Source: Tricharina praecox (Eukaryota). From it: a DNA stretch of 64,000 nucleotides. Shown here piece after piece: positions 26,036 to 41,345 of the stretch; within the stretch, counting starts at the first letter, position 1, and every line of letters begins with the position of its first letter. The stretch spans positions 124,001 through 188,000 of the forward strand of contig NW_026250427.1 of NCBI RefSeq assembly GCF_024521635.1. Direction: 5' to 3'. The position numbers were made by a program, and so were the translations under genes. The notes under the pieces were generated by a model. The model saw only the letters and a list, made by a program, of their open reading frames with translations. It did no database searches and had not been told where the DNA came from.

Positions 26036-26219
26036 CTCGGGTGTAAGGGTAAGTGCTGCCTCAATAGTTTTTCCCCCATACAGCTTAGCGTTTTCCCCCC
26101 ATACAACTTATTCACAACCACTCACTCATTTCATTGTATCTGGCTTAGTGCGCTTCTAATATAGACTAGTGCTTATAATTCGCAATGTTGGTGAGGCACC
26201 ACTTATCGGCAGCTCTTAG
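26036..26219. mobile_element. Possible degenerate MITE (TA-flanked, imperfect terminal inverted repeats)
   Basis: taagtgctgcctca (26050-26063) is inverted at 26192-26205 (13/14 match). Both lie the same distance from a terminal TA|CT, and the interior is AT-richer than the flanks. Confidence 0.4.
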
Positions 26220-27183
26220 TACTTGTTACTCTATATTCTGCGTGTGAATCGGAACAGCACAGCACACTCCACTCGAGAGTCGAGACTTGAGAGCAGAGGA
26301 GAGCAGAGGCGGCCGGAAAAATCCCCCTTCCATGCGGGGGTTCCTCGTGAACGGTACTATGAATATTATACAGTAGTATATCAGCGAACGGGAAATGAAC
26401 TGGGAGGGTGGAGTGGGGGCCTTAATGATCCCGCTCCCACGTGACCGCAGTCAGGAAGTTAGGCTGTTAGGGGGGGTTCAGTTTTCCTCCCTCTGGGAGG
26501 GAGGGAGGGAGGGAAGTTCACCCGCTTCCCCGACTCTTCTAGCTAAGTAGCTATCCCCACAGTTGCGCATGAATCGCGTGGGATCACAGTGGGGTCACTG
26601 GGTAAGTATGCAAGCAGAAGGCGTAGAAGGAGCAGAAGGAGCAAGTGGCGCTCATCGTTGAGCACTCGCATCGGAACGGGACTTGGCCCATGGGTTCTTT
26701 TCAGTGTCTGTTGGTTGGATCAACAAGGCCTCATCGCCGACTGTCCACCACCGCCGCGATGACTTGTTACCTTTACACCAATATACTAATTTTTTGGCGT
26801 AGATATTGACAACACCACCATTACGAGCCGCCAGCAGTGTCGTTCAAAACGAAAGTAGCAGGTTTTCACATGTGAAGGGGGGCTGCGCTGCGCTACGTAC
26901 GCGGTTGATCGACTGTGCCACGGACGTGCAGGAAACGCAGTGTGCGAGATATTACTGTACAGTGTAGAGTATGTACGGACGGACGTACGGCGCTGCACAC
27001 TGCGCTGTAGGCGGCGGATAGTCTGATCAGTACTTGGTTGGCTGCTCGGATCAGAACGCATTGAAAGCTAAACTACAGCGCAGCGCAACCGCAGTTCGAT
27101 TCGATTTCATCACGAGCGCGAGGAGTAGTGATAGCTGGTAGGGTATATAGTAGCTACGGCGTATCCGACCTGAGGAAGCCTCG

Positions 27184-27216
<33 letters not shown>

Positions 27217-29091
27217 CCCTTCCCCGGCTTTACCCGCTGGAAATCTGGAATTGGACCATGATGTGTACCTATGTGTGGTATGTATGTACATACTTGCCTA
27301 CATACGTCGACGAGGTCTGGCTTTTTTCGTCTTTCTTCTTCTTCTTTTCACCATACCCGACTCTCCGCGCGGCTATCGGACCCAGGTGGTCCCGGTTGAA
27401 TACCTAGGCGGATGATGGATCGGATAAAAACCAATTTGTACTGCTATATTCTTCTTACTTACCTACATTCTGACTTACCTACTTACTGACAGTCTGACGT
27501 GCATCGGATCCGCCGCCTCCCCTCCCACTCCCTCCACCCCCAGCAATTAACCCCACCCCACCATAAGCACTGAAATTCCGTGCGCGGTACATACGATGTC
27601 CCGTCGTTTGATTGCTTCCTTACCCCTAACGGCTCGAGCTTGGGTCGGATCAGCCCTATGGCTATGTATGTACATCTCACCGGTTCGTCATGTACTATGT
27701 ACTATACATTGTACTACGCTATGGGTAAGTACTCTGGGATGCACCAAGTCCGATGTCCTATGGATGTATGTACTGCGAACTAACGTTTGCGTTTGGCGAC
27801 GGTATGATAGGTAGTAGCCATCATACTCATACCTATGTCATATCCACATCAAGAACGAGAACGAGAATGTGTCGCTGGCGGCTGACCTACCTGCGCTGCA
27901 GACAGACAGACAGAAAGACATGTCATTGTCACTCCGTCAGCCCCTGCGCCTAGTCGCGCAAACATTCACGAGTCACTCGTTGTCGAGCAAGCACTCGACC
28001 GCACGCACGCACGCGATGACTGAAATGCATGCAAAATAAACCGAGAATCGCTCTCTCTCTCGCGATGACTGAAGTACATACTCCGTCATCATGATGCGCA
28101 AGTACTTACTTGCTACCACCTGGCGGCGCACCAGCCTTACGCACCGAGTTCAAGTGGTGCGCCTCGCTCGGATAACCCAAGACATCCAGTGTTCAGCGTC
28201 CGGCGTCGTCCGATTAATCCACTCATACCTCTGGAGTCGGTACTTACTCGACGCATGAATCAAGGTGCTGCAATTGCAACCTGCAACCCCCATCGGACCC
28301 TAACTATTCAAGCTCCCCCGACGAATCGTCAGCGAGCTATAGCACTTACTTACTACCTAGTTAACGGTCGTGCGTATGTAGGAGGAATCGGAGCAATTGA
28401 AGCCTGGAATCGGCTAACATTCCGTGAATGGAGTGGGCTGTGCAACTGTAGCACGTGACGCTTACTCTTGCGGGTACGCTTAAGCCACCCCCCGTGAGCT
28501 CAAAGCCATCCTTCCTCCGTGACGGCTGGCGCGCGCTCCCCACCCCCACCGGAGGTGTACCTGCATCCATCCATCCATCCATTCATCCAGATCCACCGCA
28601 CCCCCACCCATTCATGTCGGCATTTACTTACTGTGCATGAAGGACTCGGTGGAGATAGGCTTTTCCCGCAGAAACACCATCGTGAGTGGATGGGGCGATG
28701 CGGCGAGTATCTACATACATGACGATTCTCGATCGATATCTGGCTGGTTGGCTGGCTGGCTGGCCACGTTCCCCAAGTGTGTACGCGTACCGTACCTAAT
28801 TGGTACTCAATTGCCTGCTGTGGTATATATCCGCCCGCCGGTCACATGGGTTAACTACAACGCAACCCAACCCAGAGCAGAGAAATTATCCCATCTGCCG
28901 TAATGTAGAGTACTCTATCCTACTCTACTCTACTATTAACTACTATCATCATCACCCATCAGTCCATCGGACATCCACCTCATCGGACATCCACCCCAGT
29001 TAGCCTATTGAACCCGGACTAGCTATCTCCCAACTAACTAACTAATAGAGTATAGAGTGCCCAGCCAATACTTTGGTATCCGGGGTGTGTG

Positions 29092-29093
<2 letters not shown>

Positions 29094-29141
<48 letters not shown>
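29094..29141. repeat. (TG)n microsatellite
   Basis: About 24 uninterrupted GT units. Confidence 0.95.
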
Positions 29142-29143
<2 letters not shown>

Positions 29144-31017
29144 TGGGGAAGTTCGGGATACTTCCTTCAGCCCTACGGACTAGGTAGTAAACGCACGTAG
29201 TGTGTGTGTAACCATGCACGTAGTTACTTGGGTATCTCGGCTTCGAGTCTCGCTGCAGCCTGCAGTGCGATCTCCACACCACCTGGCACCTGTGGATACT
29301 TCGGGAGAGACTTCAGGAGAGACTAACTAGCAGGTAGCCGGTGCCGAAGAAGAGCAATAGAATCAAATCTCCTTTTTCGGGGTGACTTGGTGGATGCAAT
29401 CACATTCAGCGAGGGCAGGGTAGGGGCGGTGGACCCTGACTTTTCCTATTGCTTGGGAATATCTCCTACGACGGTAACTAAGGTGGTGAGAACACAACCC
29501 ACCCAGTGGTCCAGAACCCACATCTCTCGATCCACTACCTGCTATGCAGAATCAACATCGTCAGTCCGTCCGCCAATCCCGAGGAGCAAGCGAGTCAACG
29601 GTGGACCCGAGACATCCGTATACGAGTGACGAACAACGCACGACGTGTTCCTGCGTTGCAGTACCGTATTCCAGTGCAGCGGTGTAGATGCAGCTCAATG
29701 CTCCTACCTATGATACCTACTATACGTACATACGGTCCGCCGCCGGCGATGCGTAAGTAATATGTATGTAGGGGTAGGGCGGGAAAGGCGATGATAGCCG
29801 GGCGCCGAAGGCGACGCACATATCCGGTGAAGTGTACTGTACTCATGTACACTGCACTGTACGCACGGAACGGAATGCACAGTTCAAAGTTCAAACCGCT
29901 GGTACTAGGCAACTAGTACGCTCAAGAAGAAGAAGAAGAAGAAGAAGGAGTTCTCCGGCTTTTTCGGATGCGCGGTCCAGAACCGCCGTTTTTGCGCGGA
30001 ACGTGGGGTTCCAGACCCCCACACGATCCAATCCGCCTGGGGGTTTGGAAATAGCTGCATAGGTCCATGCGGCGTTTGGACGGGCGATTGAAGATCGTGA
30101 CGGTCACGGTGACGGTGGCGCAGCAACTGCGCGGTAGAAGGCCTACTCTACTCTACGGTACTCTGCCGTAGTGAGTGTGATATCGGCTCTCCATCGTGCA
30201 TTGTACCGGCCGCAGCCACACTTAGTTTACCATTGGGAAGCTTACAGCTTCAGAGACATGCGGAACCGAAGAAAAAACAAAGCAGTTTCCCGTGGTACAC
30301 ACCTCCTAGGTACTTGGTGGTAGTAGTAGGGTAGGTAGACTTTGTTTTTTTGTTTTTGTTTTTTGGACCAACCGAGACTAGGTCGTGAAACGGTGTCTCC
30401 GGTACGGCGTCCATCAGGTGCATTAAGTAAGTTAGGTACCCAATGCAACGGGCGTGGTTTATTTTAGTAACAAGGCGCACCCACTACCTAATACCTACTA
30501 TTACCCGCGTCTCAAAAGTACGCCCATCGCACGGGACTCAGGGGGAGCGAGCACGAGTGAGATATTGTGTATGTACTGGAATGTATACGGACACCCGATT
30601 GCTGATCCCTGCACGAAACGAAACGAAACGAAACGAAATGGAATCCGCAGCCAGCTAACACGGCTACATGTGTCTTCAAGATGGTCTGTAGCCTATCAGA
30701 CAGGAAACTGGCACATTCCATCGCGGTGACTCAACGGACGGGAGAAACTTCGAGAACTTTCACGATTCAGTCTATCGCGCACTGGTCTGTCGTGGAGGAG
30801 TCACATCGCAATTGAACACAGTGTCTCGTACTAGCTGTTGTACGTACAGCCGTGTAAATCCGAGAAAACTATTCCGAGTACATATGCTGAGGCCGGAGGC
30901 CGGAGTAGACGGTAAATACACACCTGCAGACCAAACAAAACCACAAACTCCGATCGATCGCAAGAAAAAAACACATCATACATCCATACACACATATCTA
31001 CATGTTCAAAGGCCCCA

Positions 31018-33522
<2,505 letters not shown>

Positions 33523-34112
33523 TATTTTTTGAACGTCTAATATACCCGTTCGGGGAGGAGGGATGATCACTAAATGTCTGGGTGTACGTACGTACGTACA
33601 GAAGTAATGTAATCCAATCTTCTGGAATTTGTGGGATTGTGTACGGAAGGGCAATCGTCACGTGCTAGTTCTGTCCGAGAAGGCTCCGGTCATCCTGACT
33701 GTGGTCGATATCGATCGATCGATCGTGTTCGAATGAAACCTGATAGCGTACCTACTCCACTTTGACAGCTGTGGTGACGTTTTTAAATTTTGTGTCTCGT
33801 CTCGTCGACCGAACTTTCCCACATTGACCGTCACTCGCCCATCCCACCATCTAGGCTGGATCCCGAATACGCGGACGATCTTCATTGGACCTGTTCTTTC
33901 TGCCCACTTCATTCTAGCAGCTTCATCCAGCGACGGTACACCACCACCGTAGGTAGCACCGGCTGATGACGCGTCGGAGTGATTTTTGCCTCTTCGTAGC
34001 TCACTCAGCACGCCGTCACAGCCCGATTGTTACACACTCGGCCTTAACTAAGGCTGTCTGCCGCTCGGCGCTCGAACTCAGCAGGGTTCAAAAAACAGCA
34101 AAAAAAATGAGA

Positions 34113-34185
34113 AGCTCCCACCCCGATTTGAACGAGGGACCTGTCGATCTGCAATCGACCGCTCTAACCCCTGAGCTACGAGAGC
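34113..34185 (-). tRNA. tRNA-Cys (anticodon GCA), intronless
   Basis: Minus strand folds as GCTCTCG TA GCTC AGGGGTTA GAGC G GTCGA TTGCAGA TCGAC AGGTC CCTCG TTCAAAT CGGGG TGGGAGC T (73 nt). U73 discriminator, followed by oligo-T Pol III terminators. Confidence 0.96.
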
Positions 34186-37100
34186 CGCTGATGTCAATTA
34201 AGCGAGTGACAACTTTCTGAAACACACATAAGAGACGCCGTCCTTGGTGACGGCGCTCACATCAGCTACAACCACAGTCAGCTAGAGTACGGACATCATA
34301 GGGGTAAGCCGAGACCCACCACCCACCATCCACCAAACATCGCACTCGCTGCCCAGCTGCACAGCTGCACGGAATCTTCAACCTCCGACTCCAAAATTCA
34401 TCAGCAGGCGTTGGGCTGGGCCGCAGAGGCGAGGCGAGGCGTGAAGATCCCAGGGTTGCGGCTTGCCCGATCTGCAGTAAGCGTTCTTCCCGCGGCCCGC
34501 TGCGGGCAAAAGTCGAAACCTTCTCACGCAGACACGCTCTCGCGGTCCGGTGAGCGTAGAGAAACTCGTGGCACGCACACACAAGCGCCTACACTCCGTC
34601 GACGATCGTATGATAAGGCGTGGAATTGGTGGTTTGCATTGCGTCCGCAGAGATCACTCACTATAGGTACTGCCGGCTGTGGTGCGGCCCGCAGATGGCG
34701 ATAGATACCTATCGTGTGCGGAAACTCTAATTATACCATTGGTACGTGCATACCCCATTCCCACCCCCCTCCCCCCCGCCGCGCCGGCATGTGGCCTACA
34801 ATCATCTCCACAGATGTAGGAGCTGGGATCGGACGGATGGGGTGGTCATTTCGTCGCCTTCCCTCGGCCGTGGGGTATCGTCATCCACGGCTATATAAAG
34901 GCGGGGTAGGCAGGCACACACGGAGTGCACCCGTAACTCGATAAACCGAGGGCTCCAAGCGATGCCCGGACTTGGACTAAATGGACAGCAGGAAGGAATA
35001 CGCTATCTGCGAGCTAGCGCGAGGCGGGTCAAAGTTTAGGAATGGGGTACTTACATGTACGAAAGATCCCTTGGCCGCACCACTTGGGCATACGGCTTGC
35101 GAATGTCTCATGCCTCGTCAGGAAACCTTCGGGAATTGCACAGGGTATCGTATCCGTGATGGTGGAGGGCCGGTGGTCCGTATGGACTCTCGGAATCCGG
35201 GTTATATGGCTTCGAAAGATCGCGGCATACCTAAATGGTAGTTAGTGCACCTTCGCAACACGGCAGTGGGCGAGCCCGTAACCATAGTTATGCACCTGGG
35301 TGGTGATAACTTCCATAGTGATATCAGTAACACGATATACCGGCCGCACTGGTAGGTGGACGAATTGCTATCCAGATTGCGGGTCATACGTCAAACCAAA
35401 AAACTCACAAGCTGAACGGTTCACCGTGTCCAACTAACAGACAAGCCCGAAGCGCGGGGAGGTCGATCCCCCAAAGCCGTTAGTGATGGTGGCCACGGTA
35501 GAAAATTAGCTGCAGAGAAATCCCGGCGCAAGGCTGAATATCAGGCTCACCGTGTGCGCCCTCTCCGCACCGCACACGTGCATAAGCACATGGACATACA
35601 CACTGGAAACTCGGGAAATTAGAGTTGAATAGCACCTACATATGAGAGGAGTGTCGTGGGGCCCCACCGATAGTATCTGCCGGCCACCACCAGACCTTGT
35701 GGTTTGGGGTAGGTAAATGATCTTTCCCGGCCCGCTTCATCAGCTGCGTGGTTGCTCGCTGGAGCTTGTGCGCAGGGAAATGGGGATCGCAAACAGAAGA
35801 GGGATTTGATGGTGCATACTTGGTGCTTTAGTCGACTTTCGCATATTTTGGCCGTAGGGGATTCCGTTGCGACCTTCTGGGACATGGGGTAGGACTGCAT
35901 GTACCTATGCTTTCTTTGCCGGCACACTGTCCGTCTTGCTGCAATAACCCCCACACCCCTTGAGACGATGTTCAAGTAAGAAAGTGGAGCTGCATACAAC
36001 TTCGTGTCCGTTTGAGCATCGTAAGGTAGCGGAAATGTTCGTCTCCGCCTTTCCCGAGCCCCGGTTGAAGATTTTCAAAGGAATTGTGTACTCTACTCTT
36101 CAAGGAAATGTATCGTGTGCTTGGTTTAGTGCTCCGCCTTTGCGGCCGTATTGGTATCTGACACTGTGCGGTTGGTGGCGAGGGTTTGTGAGGATGGGAC
36201 AATGTTTGCTGTGGCGCACTTGTGGTGAGTCTGGCTTTGTACGCCGTGTTTATTCAGCACCATCCAGGCTTCCCACTGACGATGACGTCGGCTTTGCAGG
36301 AAATCAATTTCCGCTCACGGAAACTTCAGGAACTAACCCCGGTATACCCATAAGTACGCGATGCCGGAAATGATTTGAACGGATATGCTGTATGATATAG
36401 TGTTGACTTGGCATGGCATTTGTAATGGTGCCGGGCATCGGATTAGGGTTCAGGGCTTGGCCACCCGGTTGGCCGACGTGACGTCCTGTGACAGAACCAC
36501 CATGGAAAACGTGAGCATGCATATGTGCGTCGTGCTTGATACCGACAACTTGGAGCCAGCAGCTTCCCAACAAACACCCAATCGACCCATCCGGATTACC
36601 GCGCGGGATGAATGGCCAAAACAGTCCAAAGCAGCAGAAACTTCAACGCAGAAGTATGTAGCCCCGTGCGAATGCAGATGGCCACGTAATTCTAGAGACA
36701 CAACTTGGCGGCAGCCCCCAAGGGAGAAGCCTGGATGATCCCTCGTCGTTGCACGAATGGTGTGTGTGCGTGGGGCCTAGCACCCAGCTAGAGCAAGATA
36801 TCAGTACGTACATACGGTTTTGGTTCTGACAACGTTGCCAACCAGGACCAAGTACCTATCTCCAACAAGGGAGTAAGTGTAAAACATACGATGCTGCACA
36901 AGATCATCCGACTCGACCACAGGGGGGAGGGGGGTGTGCATGCTTTGACTCGGTCACTCACGGGTTTGCAGGTTAATGATGGTACTATCGTTGCCTAAGG
37001 CGTGACCTGACTCCGCAGCGACTAACCGTTCACGCTGGCCACCACAGGTATCAATCGGTTCCTGACTCCCAAGCAGGCGAATGTGACCTGCGAGTTGACC

Positions 37101-37310
37101 AGAGATACCCTTGCCTGATCACTCCATGCCCCGAAAAACCTGTTGGTCGACCCTGCAACAGCCAGTCGTGCGAGCACAATCCTGTCTATGCGGGAAATAG
37201 CAACTTCCCCTCTCGGAGCTTGTAACCAGCCGATGAGGGGCCCATCGGTAGCTATCTGGGATCTGGGGAGCACCGAACACCTCGGTAGATACCTTTGCAT
37301 ATGTGGGGAT

Positions 37311-37346
<36 letters not shown>

Positions 37347-38604
37347 AGCTGAGCAGGCGGGGCATTCAAAGCATGCGACACCCTCCGCTTGGTTAGGCAC
37401 TGGTTAAGCCCAGTTGGAACGAACAAGTTGGTGGTCCGCCCTGCCCAACATATTCCTAGAGTAGAACGTTTCTTCTGGATACTGGCTGATTGAAAGCGGC
37501 GGCCGTTAATACACGCATGAATGGAGACCGTAAATAGTAAGCTAAGAAGGGTGTAAAGATTGCGTTATGATAGTGAAGAAACTCGCACGTAGTCTTTCGA
37601 TATCAACTGGCACCGACTATTCTGATGATGGCAGTGCTCCACGAGAAGTTAGCTCCTCGTTGTTGACTGACTGCGCTAGTGCCCAATGATATTAGGCAAG
37701 CTTCTCACATCGGCAGGGTTGGGGTTGAGGCTGGAGGTTTGTGGCGTAGTGTTGAAATCGGCCGGGTGAGGAAACACTCTCGGGAGGATTTAATAGCTAA
37801 AAGCGGAGCTTTAACAGTCAGTCAGACAGGTCTTAGAATGGCGCGGATATATTCAATGCTTGCGGCGTAGGCGGGCTGTGTTGTTGTATTTCCGGTGAAC
37901 GTCAGACGCCAAGCCATAAGCGCGACTGTGCGAGTGACGGATTATGCATACATCATGATGTGTCAACCACTCATGCGTTCTCATGCGTACCGAAAGTGCA
38001 CATCACAGCTGAAGTAACCAGGTGGAAAGTTTCCAAGGCACGGGCAAGCACAAGAGTCACTAGCAAGAGGTATCGGCGTAGCCGGAAATCTTGTCATAAA
38101 CCGGACAGTCCCGGCCCCGACCCCCAAGTACCAGGCCTCGAGGCTCTACTGGCCGGATCCCGGGGGTCGGTGAGGGCGAAAACTGAAATGATGATGGAAG
38201 ATGGCTGGCCTTGAGAGCCCAGAAGCGTGGTCGCTCGAACACCAGGTGTCACTCGAGCGCTCGGCGCATGTGTGTGCTGATAGATCTTGTGGGAAAGAGA
38301 CCAAAGTGCATTGCCTGAATCGGGCAGTAGGGAAGACTGAGACTCGCGCTAGATATGAAAACTCTGCAATGTCCATCCAAACAAGAAAAATCACGAGCGA
38401 TAAATCATGGCGTCTCCTCGTGTTACGAGCCGCGCTGACGGTAGACGGTAGGAAACAAGATTCTTCGGGAAGACATACCAGCTGGCCTCATTACAAATCT
38501 ACGCAGTAAGCCCAATAGGTGGAATCTAGTTGGGAAGAAAGCATCAACACCGTGAGAGTCGTAAGAGGATGACACACATGAAATTCGTGAAAACCATGAG
38601 ACTG

Positions 38605-39350
38605 GGTATGGAGGCCAATTCCTTTGACGGAATATTGGTAAATTCCCGGAGATAGCGCCTTTGTCAGTATATCCGCAAGATTCTCGTAATTGGATACGTA
38701 CGAGAACCGAACCGCTCTAGTTGCATCAATATGTTGGCTAGTATGATACTGAATATCGATCTATTCGAATCGGTGAAGATGAGTTCGGAATTCGCGGATT
38801 CACCGGTCATATCCCTGTGGAGCCGGACAAACCATCGGGATTCCCGAGTAGCCTCCGCACAGGTGGCATATCCGGCCTTGGCAATGTTCTTCTGTTTCTT
38901 GGTTCGCCATGCAACCAGACCGTTCCCAGCATGAAATACGTATCCGCCTTGAGGCTTTGGATCGCCGCTGTCGTGAGGCAGCTCCGAATCTGTATATAAA
39001 TGAGGATGCAACTTCCGGAGCTGAAACGCGACACGTTGCTGAGGTATACAAGCTTCACCTTTTTCCTCTTTGCACCAAGATATATCAATACGTTCTGAGC
39101 CCGGACCAGCGCATTAACCTCAAAACCTCGTCTGTTGCACGCTAGTCCAACCACTTCATGGATAGTCCAATAACTCATCGGTTCCGTCGTAATGCTCGCA
39201 AACCTTCCCCCTTTTTGATCACCTGCATCAAAAATCGTATTCGATATGACCGGAATGACAAAGTATCTCCAAGTCCAGTTACGGAAGTTTCGATAATACA
39301 ACCCGATAGCCTAGAGTTGTTGCAACCACCACAAGCACCACCGAGTTTAC
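38605..39350 (-). mobile_element. Highly degenerate Ty1/Copia pol relic (RT fragment and RNase H)
   Basis: YTDSELPHDSGDPKPQGGYVFHAGNGLVAWRTKKQ...EATRESRW and, in another frame, ENLADILTKALS...GIGL match the Copia RNase H pattern. FASITTEPMSY resembles the Copia RT start. Internally deleted and frameshifted. Confidence 0.8.
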
Positions 39351-39820
39351 GATTGGCTTTAGTAGTAGGACGCTAGTTCTAGGTGGCCACTGTCTATCTG
39401 TCCCCAGTGCGTAGTGGTGGTGGTCGAGATGCATTTGCAAGGCGAGAGCTGGGCGGAGGTTGCCGCTGCGACGGGAGTATCAAATCATGACCCAGAGGAG
39501 GTGGTGCCGTTTTATTCGCCACGTGAATTTATTGTGAAGGGACGGACTGATTCATTTACATCTGTTGGGGTCTGTGAGTGAGTTATTGAGTCTTGCGAAC
39601 GCGCGATCTTATCTTATCTTCCAGTGGCTAGCCTGTCACGTGATGTCAGTGGTTGCACCATTTGGAGCCGCCTTCTCATCACCAGTCCGTCGCCAAACAC
39701 GTCGGCCACAACACACGAGCAGTGAGCAGCCGCCCCAAGCACCAGTTATCCGACCAACAGTTACCCGACGGTTCCAACGGCGACAACCTTAAGGGCCAGA
39801 CAGAATTCACGACAACAAAA

Positions 39821-40659
39821 ATGCCTGCACGCATCTCATTCGTAAATCAACCTTGCCACGCGAGCGCAAACTTGTTCAATCTGAGGAAAGATCAGGAATC
39901 GGCTAACACTGCAAGGTGCAGTACAGACCCACGGGGCAGTCGCGTCGTCAAGCACGCCAAACCCACGACCACGACGTGTTCGAGGGACTCCCGGTCCGCA
40001 GATGGCGCCGCGATTGGGTCTCGGTTGGTAAACCCGCGTCAACGATCACCGCGCCGCAGCCCGAGCTCCCCCTGCCGAAGGATGCGCACCTCCTTTCCGC
40101 GACGTCGCAGGGACTCCTTGCCGCTGCGCGCGCGGGGTCGAGCAGCGAGGACGCGCCGAAAGCTCGTGAGCCCCATCATGCCGAGCCGCTGTTTCGCACC
40201 AAACGCTGGGTCCGCATCGCGAAGGAAATGGAGCCTCCGGAGCCTGTCTACCTCGCCAAGATACCGGTTTTGTCGGGAAAGAAGGCGGAGGAAAATCCTG
40301 CTGCGAACGGCGCCGCGGACGGAGGCGGTGTCTCTGTTGGTAGCATTAACCCGAGGAGACGCGCGCCACCTCCGCCCAAGAAGAAGAACAAGCGTCCTGG
40401 ACGCAAACCGGGGTTCAAGAAATCCGTTTCTTTCGTCGATGGGCAACAGTCGACCGATCCGGCGCATGAGGATCAGCCGCAGGCCAACGTTGATGTCGAC
40501 ATGATGGACGTTGACGCCGCTACCAAGATGGAACTGGTGCCCCAGAATGCTGTCACCAAGGAGATTGAGAAGGCCGAGACCACCACTGAGGCTGTCATCA
40601 TAGCGCAGAAAACCGAGGCGGGTGCGCACCACTCGCTTCCCCCCAAGCCAAACTTCTAG
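39821..40659 (+). CDS. Conserved fungal hypothetical protein, probably nuclear (about 250 aa, 2 exons)
   Basis: ATG at 39821 in an AAAATG context. Intron ends GCTAAC...AAG at 39915, with the donor probably GTAAAT at 39842. Exon 2 has HDVFEGLPVRRWRRDW, ELPLPKDAHLL...LLAAAR and a basic NLS-like RRAPPPPKKKNKRPGRKPG, which I recall from a Pezizomycotina family of unknown function. Confidence 0.72.
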
Positions 40660-41345
40660 GAGTGGGAGGTTGCCATTTGAGAGGCCGCCATATGTTTGTG
40701 TGCGTTTTAGGGATCTGCTTGGTTGTTTTATTTGCTGGTCGCTGTTACATGCTTGCTTCTTCGTGTTAGAATTAGCCCGGGTCCCCAATACCTGTTTTCA
40801 TTTGATTGTTCTCGGCTTTTTTTCTTTTCTTTTTCGATTCGTTTATTTTGATGGTTCTGTTGTGTAATTCGCACGACATTATCGCGTTCTGCGATGGCCA
40901 GAGGAGAGATGGAGGGCCAGAGAGCAGATGGAAAAGGCAGTGTGCTTCTAAATACAGTTCCGGAATGGGTCGTCAATCTCATCTAATCTTTCCATCGCAG
41001 ATGTCATCAGTCTGGAAGTCTATCCTTAATCTCCGCTCTTAACGCGGCTATGATCTCTCATTCAAGAGGCCTTTCGCGTATGCCTACCGCACTGGTGTAA
41101 AACGCCCCTTGTGTTGTGTTACGCGTCAGCCTTTGCCTTAGCGCTTCCCCAGATGGGAGGAGCTGATGCCCAGCCCTCCATGCTTTGGGTACTTTCAATA
41201 TCAATCATACCCCGCGATCGTTAACAACTCACTCACCGGGCTCGGTACAGTACATACCGCAGCTCCAGAACACAACCTCCCCCCAGCAATCCGCCTCGGC
41301 TGTCTTCACAGGTCCCCACTACTGCCTGGCACGAACCAAACGACA

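Noticed and set aside
33600..38550. Several 80-137 aa ORFs around the tRNA, including a Cys-containing ORF at 34981-35241 after a TATATAAA
   Set aside because: I could not assign any motif or build a consistent spliced model; may be decayed sequence. A translated homology search is needed.
39827..39915. Possible GC-AG intron (ATG CCT|GCACGC) in the hypothetical gene
   Set aside because: A canonical in-phase GTAAAT donor at 39842 explains the structure equally well.
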